DNA of 34,941 nucleotides from Promethearchaeota archaeon (GTDB taxonomy: Archaea > Asgardarchaeota > Lokiarchaeia > Sigyniarchaeales > SOKP01): assembly GCA_019058245.1 (NCBI GenBank), contig JAHPZJ010000007.1, positions 1 through 34,941 of the forward strand, read 5' to 3'. Shown here in pieces: positions 28,785 through 34,941 of this stretch (positions are counted from its first letter, which is position 1; each line of letters begins with the position of its first letter). Under the pieces are notes generated by a model, which worked only from the letters and a program-made list of their open reading frames with translations, searched no databases and had not been told where the DNA came from. The translations under genes and the position numbers were made by a program.

Positions 28785-30872
28785 TTAAAATCTGTCTAAT
28801 TCTTGATCTTCTTCATTCTCAAATAATTCTGAATGTGGTTCAAGAAAATTATTTTGACACATCGGACATGAATTATATTTTGAAAGCCAAAATGCTACAC
28901 ATAAATAATGATAAATACTTCCACAGAAAGGACAAGTAATGACTTTATCTTTAACAAAATCAATATAATTATGACACACTGTACATTGAACATCAGATTT
29001 AGATATTCCCTTTCTTATTTTGACTTTATTAATTAAGATTTTTTCTAATTTTGAAAGTTCTACTTGATATAAACCTAGTGAATTATTTAATTGATTTACC
29101 TTAGATTTTATTTCAGAAATTCTTTCTTTTAATTCTTCTTCGCTTAATCTCTCAGCTAAAAAAGAAGATAATGCAAAATTAAGAGGTAGTCCCTCAAAGT
29201 TCTCTGTTTGCTCAGTTATTTCAGTTATCGTGGCAAATAAGATTCCTTCCTTATCTAGTAATTCTTTGAAACTTTTAAATAATTTATTGAGAATAAGCGA
29301 TATCAGAAATGTTAATTGTTGCTTTTTCCGGTTTAGACTATCTTCCCAATATTTAATTGAATTATAAGCATCGATATCATGTGATTTCATAGAGTCTAGT
29401 TTTTTATAGACCTCATCTTTGATTTTTTGAATTTTTTCATAGTACTCATTTAGCATTTCTCTAATCTTTTTCAATTGAGGGAATTCTTCCTTAATAATTA
29501 AAGAAGCCTCATCTTCGTAAATTCTAATTAAATCATTAACTTCTGATATCTTAATTGATATAAATTTTCTAACTTCAACTCTTAACTCTTCATCTTTGAC
29601 CGTTTTGATAAAGTTCAAATACTCATTTTTTCTACGATAAATTTCAGATGTTAAATTTGAGAACATTTTGCGTAATCCAGATGTTATATTTTCATATGGA
29701 TTAAGTAAATATTCTATACCTAATACCCAGTCTTCTATTTGACTAATTATATTAGCAAAATTATCAATTTTTTGATAATAAAAATTAGCAATTTCTTCAA
29801 ATTTATCTGCATCAATTACATTATGAATTTTCTCTTGGAATTTCTTTTCCAATCCTCCAATATAATAATCAACGATCTTTGGAAAATAATCCTTTATTTT
29901 TTGTTCTAAGAGAATTTTTAAATTAATTTTTGGTTCTTTTTCCTTTTTATCAAATTCTTCAATTTCATTTAGCACATCCTGCAATTTATCCTCAATTAAT
30001 TGTTTAAGCAGAGGTTTAATAAAATTTTGAAGACTTTGTATTATTTCTTTTCTTTCAAGTATGTTTATAAATTCTTCTCCTTGATATTCTTCAATAAATT
30101 TGTTTAAATACAGAAAGTAAAATAAATCAAAAGAAAATTTAATTTTATTTTCATCTAATGATTGAAAAAATTGATAAATTTCATCGAAATGAAATGATAT
30201 TATTGTTTCCTTTTTATCTTTCTTTTTCCTGTTTAAAAAAACCTCATTTAGGCTTCTAATAAAAATAATTAGTTCTTTAATTTCTTTCCAATTTTCTAAA
30301 TGACTGGGAATCTCATTTAACTTAAAATTCAAATTCTTAATTTTATTAATTTCAATCCATAGGAATGTAGTATCATCATAAATGCTCTCAATTTCTTTAA
30401 TTGACTCTTGCAGATTAGATCCTAAATGAGTCATTTCCTTTAAAAGATCTTCTGTTCTTATTAATAGATCCATTAATCCAATACTATTTTTTGTTAATCT
30501 CTTGACATTTCTTACATTTGAACTTACATTTTGCAAATTATTTGTGAGGTGTCTTAATTCCTCCATAATTTCATTTTTCAAAAAATAGAATTTTGAATCC
30601 GATGAAGAAAATAAATTATTCTTCATTAACATTTTTAGGTTATCCAGATAACTTGAATATTTATCTAGTATTTCTGAAGAAAGCTGAATTTTCGATCTTA
30701 AATACTCACTTATTTTGACATCATCTGCATTTTCTGATTTAAACTTGCCAAGCATCTTTTTAATTTCAAGAATATTTTCTTTCGTTAAACCGTGTATTTC
30801 CCTTGTATTGTTAAAAATATTATTAGAAAAATTCAAAAAGAATCTACCCGTTATTAGAATTTGAGTATTCAA
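28785..30872 (-). CDS. Large helical/coiled-coil protein with C-terminal RING-type domain (putative E3 ligase)
   Basis: C-terminal CTVC...CPFC-x4-HYLC...W.....CPMC (C4HC3 with the RING-typical W and CPxC); about 630 aa of helical body. Start position uncertain. Confidence 0.85.
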   Translation of the reverse strand: MNTQILITGRFFLNFSNNIFNNTREIHGLTKENILEIKKMLGKFKSENADDVKISEYLRSKIQLSSEILDKYSSYLDNLKMLMKNNLFSSSDSKFYFLKNEIMEELRHLTNNLQNVSSNVRNVKRLTKNSIGLMDLLIRTEDLLKEMTHLGSNLQESIKEIESIYDDTTFLWIEINKIKNLNFKLNEIPSHLENWKEIKELIIFIRSLNEVFLNRKKKDKKETIISFHFDEIYQFFQSLDENKIKFSFDLFYFLYLNKFIEEYQGEEFINILERKEIIQSLQNFIKPLLKQLIEDKLQDVLNEIEEFDKKEKEPKINLKILLEQKIKDYFPKIVDYYIGGLEKKFQEKIHNVIDADKFEEIANFYYQKIDNFANIISQIEDWVLGIEYLLNPYENITSGLRKMFSNLTSEIYRRKNEYLNFIKTVKDEELRVEVRKFISIKISEVNDLIRIYEDEASLIIKEEFPQLKKIREMLNEYYEKIQKIKDEVYKKLDSMKSHDIDAYNSIKYWEDSLNRKKQQLTFLISLILNKLFKSFKELLDKEGILFATITEITEQTENFEGLPLNFALSSFLAERLSEEELKERISEIKSKVNQLNNSLGLYQVELSKLEKILINKVKIRKGISKSDVQCTVCHNYIDFVKDKVITCPFCGSIYHYLCVAFWLSKYNSCPMCQNNFLEPHSELFENEEDQELDRF

Positions 30873-30954
30873 TAATTAATAAGAATTCACCAAATAAATT
30901 CTTGTTGTTAAGAAGATAGAACATATTAAATTAAAAAATAAATAGTTAAAGAAA

Positions 30955-31557
30955 TTATTCTCCTAATTCAGTAATCTCAATATATTTTTCTTTTGCACCA
31001 TCTTGTGTTATGGTCAATATATCAATTCCATTCCCCGTCATAGCATCACGTTTAATTGCATTTCTGATAGCCTTTTCCACTAGTTTTTCACCAGCTGCCG
31101 TTGTTATATCAGGTTTATATTCTGCTTCTAAAATACCGATTGATAGTAACATCCCTGTTCCAGCAGTTCCATAATCATCTGGCATAAGACTTCCGAGTGC
31201 ATCTAAGGTATAGAGTTTTGGACCATCTTTATCAACTCCAGCAACAACTAAATTTGTATATAATGGCATCATTTTCCTCGAGTATAAATAGTTAGATACT
31301 AATTTTGCCATACTTTTTGTCGAGATCCGTTCCCCTGTTTCAAGTTCATATAGATTTGCTTGAGCTCGTAGGATTCTTACGAGAATCTGAAAATCCCCTA
31401 TTAATCCATAAGCCGTTAAACCTATATATTCAGTAATTTTAAAAACTTTTTGAGTTGATTTATTCGTAACTGTGTAACCCCATGTAGCTCTCCGATCATT
31501 TCCGAGCACAACACTATCTTTACATTTAATTGCTACACCACATGCTCCAGGAACCAT
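30955..31557 (-). CDS. psmB: 20S proteasome beta subunit (lacks the catalytic Thr1; probably non-catalytic)
   Basis: GVAIKCKDSVVLGNDRRAT, KVFKI, GLIGDFQ, AGVDKDGPKLYTLDALGS, GTG, RDAMTGNGID. A possible ATT start lies at 31572. Confidence 0.95.
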   Translation of the reverse strand: MVPGACGVAIKCKDSVVLGNDRRATWGYTVTNKSTQKVFKITEYIGLTAYGLIGDFQILVRILRAQANLYELETGERISTKSMAKLVSNYLYSRKMMPLYTNLVVAGVDKDGPKLYTLDALGSLMPDDYGTAGTGMLLSIGILEAEYKPDITTAAGEKLVEKAIRNAIKRDAMTGNGIDILTITQDGAKEKYIEITELGE

Positions 31558-31662
31558 AATTTGCTGAGAAATTTCATTAACACCTAAATTATTGAATTAT
31601 TTTGTATTTTTGATTTAATAAATAATCAGATTTAATTAAAATTTATGCTTTGAAATTAAAAA

Positions 31663-31834
31663 TTAATTAACTTTTCCAAGAACTTCGAGCCCTTTCTTAT
31701 GTACTTTCTCAAGAATTTCAAAACATTTAGTACAATACTAAGTTTTATCTTTTAGGTTAAAAACACAATCTCCTTCGATGTCTCGATAGATAACACACAC
31801 AACTATCGAAGTTATTGTCTCTTAGTTCTGACAT
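31663..31834 (-). pseudogene. Possible decayed small Zn-finger gene
   Basis: ATG 31834 gives MSELRDNNFDSC; after a frameshift in a GT run it reads CVIYRDIEGDCVFNLKDKT*YCTKCFEILEKVHKKGLEVLGKVN*. Confidence 0.3.
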
Positions 31835-32191
31835 CTTTATTTGATAAATATATTTTAATAATTAATAGATTTCCTAAGAAAAAAAGTATTAATCATTCAA
31901 ATATTAAAAAAACTCCATTTTTATAGTTAAACCTTAAACAGATCTTTTAGTTATGGATTTAAACTTATTTATTTTATTTTCGGAAATTCATATCACTCCT
32001 ATTTTAATTATATTTTACCATGCATTATTTTTTATATCAGAATAAATAAGAAATTAAAACTCAACTAACGAAATCGGTATATTATTTTAGGATTATTAAA
32101 TAAGATCAAGAAATTTAGTTTATTTTTGAGTAATCCTTATATTTATTCACATTAATTTTTATCTTAAAAATCAGATAAGAAATAACGGATT

Positions 32192-32893
32192 ATGCTTAAT
32201 AAACTCAAAAAATCAGAGAAAATCTCTTTTATCGCAACAATCATTTTATTGATAGCATTAATAGGATTTATTCCAATAGTACTCAATATTAAGTCTTTAT
32301 TAGGTATTGGATATTTTAGTTTTGGTAAAAATTATATTTCAGAATATCCTGAAGGAACAGTCGGTATTAATGTTAAGATAACCATTAGACATTTGGAAGG
32401 GAATCGATGCAGAGGCTCTATTTTAGTTAGGCCTATCTCAAGCGGGAATATAGATATATATGGAATTACACAGATACAATACGTAATCAAGAAAAATAAT
32501 CATTATAATAGTGTGGAAAACACGAACGTTAATTCAGCTACTCAAATTTGGAGTAGATTATTTTATATATCTGTTCGGGAGTATGATAATATTTCTTGTA
32601 CTGGTACTACTGAAATTAGATATGGTGTAAATGGTTTGGAACAAACCGCTGCTTATAATTTTGATATAAGTTATATAATTCCTATAAGTGTTTCTAGTAT
32701 ATCTTATTTATGGGATATGCCGTTAATTTGGCTCAACTTTCTGTATTTTATTTTCTTATTTGTTGTGATCTTTTTTCTTGTTAGACAATATAGGCATATA
32801 AAATTTATATACAGGTATAGCGAAGAAATGAAAGAGAGAGATGAGATATTTTTTAAAGCTATCTCTGAAAAAAGGCAATATAAGAAGAAGTAA
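32192..32893 (+). CDS. Hypothetical membrane protein (N- and C-terminal TM, beta-rich extracellular domain)
   Basis: Hydrophobic helices at about aa 11-32 and 176-197; beta-rich middle with two Cys and several NxS/T sequons. Confidence 0.75.
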   Translation: MLNKLKKSEKISFIATIILLIALIGFIPIVLNIKSLLGIGYFSFGKNYISEYPEGTVGINVKITIRHLEGNRCRGSILVRPISSGNIDIYGITQIQYVIKKNNHYNSVENTNVNSATQIWSRLFYISVREYDNISCTGTTEIRYGVNGLEQTAAYNFDISYIIPISVSSISYLWDMPLIWLNFLYFIFLFVVIFFLVRQYRHIKFIYRYSEEMKERDEIFFKAISEKRQYKKK

Positions 32894-33044
32894 TGATACT
32901 TTTTATCTCTCTTTTTTTTAAGGATTCAGATGAAAAACTAAATATAAAAAAAATTAGAAATTAACTTAGTCAGATTAAGATTTATATGTACAAACATTAA
33001 AGCAATATATAAAACTATTTAAATATAAGAGTGATGGAAATTAT

Positions 33045-33842
33045 ATGCCTTATTTTGACAATAAAGGAATAAAAATCTATTATGAAATTGAGGGAAATGG
33101 CCCAGATTTATTGATGATTCATGGATTCACTTCAAGCATAGAATGGAATTGGCGATTAACGAATTGGGATGAATTTTTAAAAAAAGAGAACAGATTAATA
33201 TTGATAGATTGTCGTGGACATGGAAAAAGTGATAAACCATTAACTCCGGATCAATACGGACCAAATATGGTTGATGATATAACAAACCTCTTAAAACATC
33301 TGTCAATAGAAAAAGCAAATTTCTTTGGATATTCTATGGGATCCGGATTGACTTTGAGTGTTTTATTGCAACACCCAAATTTAGTGAATTCTGCGATCTT
33401 AGGAGGTTATGTGGTATCATTTCCAGATGACCCACAAAGAGAATTTGCAAAAAAATCCATGATGACAACTGTTGCTGGCTTTAGATCCGAAAATTCTAAA
33501 GATATTAAAGATCCCACTTCAAAGCGATTCCGATTATTAGCTCAAGCAACAGGGGGTAATTTAAAAGCCCTTGCAGCAGTGATGGAAGGTTTATATACTC
33601 AAACGGATAATATGCCAACTTCTAGGAAGGAAATGGAAAAGGTTTTAAAAAAAATATCTGTACCAGTATTAACAGTAGTTGGGACAGATGATTTTATGCC
33701 AGGTGATAGAACACTAATTGCGCAGTTGGTTCCTAATGCTTGCCATTTTCAAATTCAAGGAAAAGATCACATAACTGTAGTAGCAGATCCTAAGTTTCAT
33801 ATGATTGTGAAAGCATTCTTGAACTATGTAAATAATAAATAA
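33045..33842 (+). CDS. Alpha/beta hydrolase
   Basis: IHGF, IDCRGHGKSD, GYSMG nucleophile, GTDD, DH. Confidence 0.93.
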   Translation: MPYFDNKGIKIYYEIEGNGPDLLMIHGFTSSIEWNWRLTNWDEFLKKENRLILIDCRGHGKSDKPLTPDQYGPNMVDDITNLLKHLSIEKANFFGYSMGSGLTLSVLLQHPNLVNSAILGGYVVSFPDDPQREFAKKSMMTTVAGFRSENSKDIKDPTSKRFRLLAQATGGNLKALAAVMEGLYTQTDNMPTSRKEMEKVLKKISVPVLTVVGTDDFMPGDRTLIAQLVPNACHFQIQGKDHITVVADPKFHMIVKAFLNYVNNK

Positions 33843-34789
33843 AACAATGATTTAACATAAAATATAAAATTCTCTAATAATGAACTAAATTTTCTAGTTA
33901 ATTCCTAAGCATCCACACTTTTTTGGATAATCTAACATCTAATTTGTTATGTAATTTTGGTCTTTTTCTCATCAATTCATGAATGAAGTTTAACCAGGAG
34001 TTTCCCTCAGAAGAACTTGAAAATAAACTTAGAATTAATTATAAATATTGTTCTATTAATAGAGATGCTTTTTAATTATTTAGTTTTGTTTTAATCCTCA
34101 AAAAATAAGTATTTTTTATTCAGACTGATTCTATATTATTTTCAATTCTTTAATTTATCCTATAATCTCCAGATTGAAATTAATTTTTATTTCTTAATTT
34201 GATTATATCTTAATTGATATGATCAGAAGATTGTTAATATAAACTTCTCTGGGGATTATTTTTTTTCATTTAAAATTTTTTATTTTGCCAAAAAATCTCA
34301 GTAAAACCTACATAAAAGAAAGTTTAATCAATATAGATATCAGTATAATTTTAATTCTATAAAAATTAATTCATTTTTTTTGAATGATTGATGAGTCTAT
34401 AATCACATAATTTTTGTTATAATCATTTATATCCAATTACTTTTATTAATTCTATTTTTCTTAATTCACCACTAAATCATAGCCAAACTAAGATAAAAAG
34501 CAAGTTTATCAAACTTAATATTTGAATGATGGTGATAAAAACAAAAACATTTCATATCTTCACTATGATCAACCATTCAATGATCATGGATGGTGGATAA
34601 TTTTTGATAACAAAAATTTTTTGTCGTGATTTTTTTTTCATTTAACTCTTCATAGGCTTCTCATTCGCCATAACATTTAAATAACTCTTCAGATATTATA
34701 TTATCTAAGAAACTTTACTATTAACATTAAAAAAAATTAAAAACTTAAATTTTTAAAAATTTTAGTTAAAAAATTTGGAGGAATAAAAA

Positions 34790-34941
34790 ATGGCTAAAAA
34801 GAAACATTCTTTCGCATGGAGCCCAATTCGCCGATTAATGAAACAACAGGGTGCAAGTATCGTAGCTCGAAATGCTGTTGACTTATTAATTGACCATCTT
34901 GAAAAAACCGCATCTGCTTTAACTGAACAAGCAAGAACTTT
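34790..34941 (+). CDS. Archaeal histone (partial, runs off the right edge)
   Basis: GGAGG SD, then MAKKKHSFAWSPIRRLMKQQGASIVARNAVDLLIDHLEKTASALTEQART...; matches histone-fold alpha1-L1-alpha2 (HMf-like PI.R..K..GA..V...A). Confidence 0.9.
   Translation, partial: MAKKKHSFAWSPIRRLMKQQGASIVARNAVDLLIDHLEKTASALTEQART

Noticed and set aside
2057-33318. Other short overlapping ORFs in the track (e.g. 2057, 2161, 4817, 7878, 8930, 10269, 11053, 11499, 11934, 15273, 15616, 17105, 17950, 18745, 27219, 28679, 33127)
   Set aside because: All lie within or opposite well-supported genes and show no recognisable motifs.
33898-34040. About 46-codon minus-strand open frame (…SEGNSWLNFIHELMRKRPKL…)
   Set aside because: No clear start or SD and no motif; cannot be told apart from chance.
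34160-34185. CTCCAGATTGAAAT as a mini-ORB (replication origin)
   Set aside because: Single imperfect copy, no G-string, and no orc1/cdc6 gene in the window.
1-34941. CRISPR arrays, IS elements, tRNA/rRNA, defence or prophage genes
   Set aside because: No regularly spaced repeats, transposase/integrase motifs or GC-rich structured RNA segments seen.

Overview
AT-rich (roughly 25-30% GC by eye) chromosomal segment of an Asgard archaeon, most likely Lokiarchaeia. The assignment rests on an archaeal/eukaryote-type ProRS, TFB, a proteasome beta subunit and a histone, plus several eukaryotic-signature-type proteins: a two-domain gelsolin, a longin-domain protein, a coiled-coil RING protein and an EMC3/TMCO1/Get1-family insertase. 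Metabolic genes include a PlsY-like acyltransferase fused to a CTP-dependent lipid-kinase-like domain, a LarA racemase with a FAD/Fe-S 2-hydroxyacid dehydrogenase, and a GlpA-like trio followed by a FAD oxidase and a CCG Fe-S protein. Several genes are missed or truncated by the ORF track: a partial Zn-ribbon gene (1-305), a 58-aa wHTH protein (861-1037), the histone (34790-end), and N-terminal extensions that appear to need non-canonical start codons (CTG 20409, ATA 21075, possibly ATT 31572). The most striking unexplained pattern is a distinctive Zn-ribbon module (EGRRxCPECG...DK...YxKKYxCxxCGxE[WY]). It is shared by the gelsolin C-terminus and a small coiled-coil/linker protein about 4 kb away, and together they bracket a membrane-insertase/coiled-coil gene cluster. 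No rRNA, tRNA, CRISPR array or mobile element was recognised. All calls come from reading motifs by eye; no searches were run.
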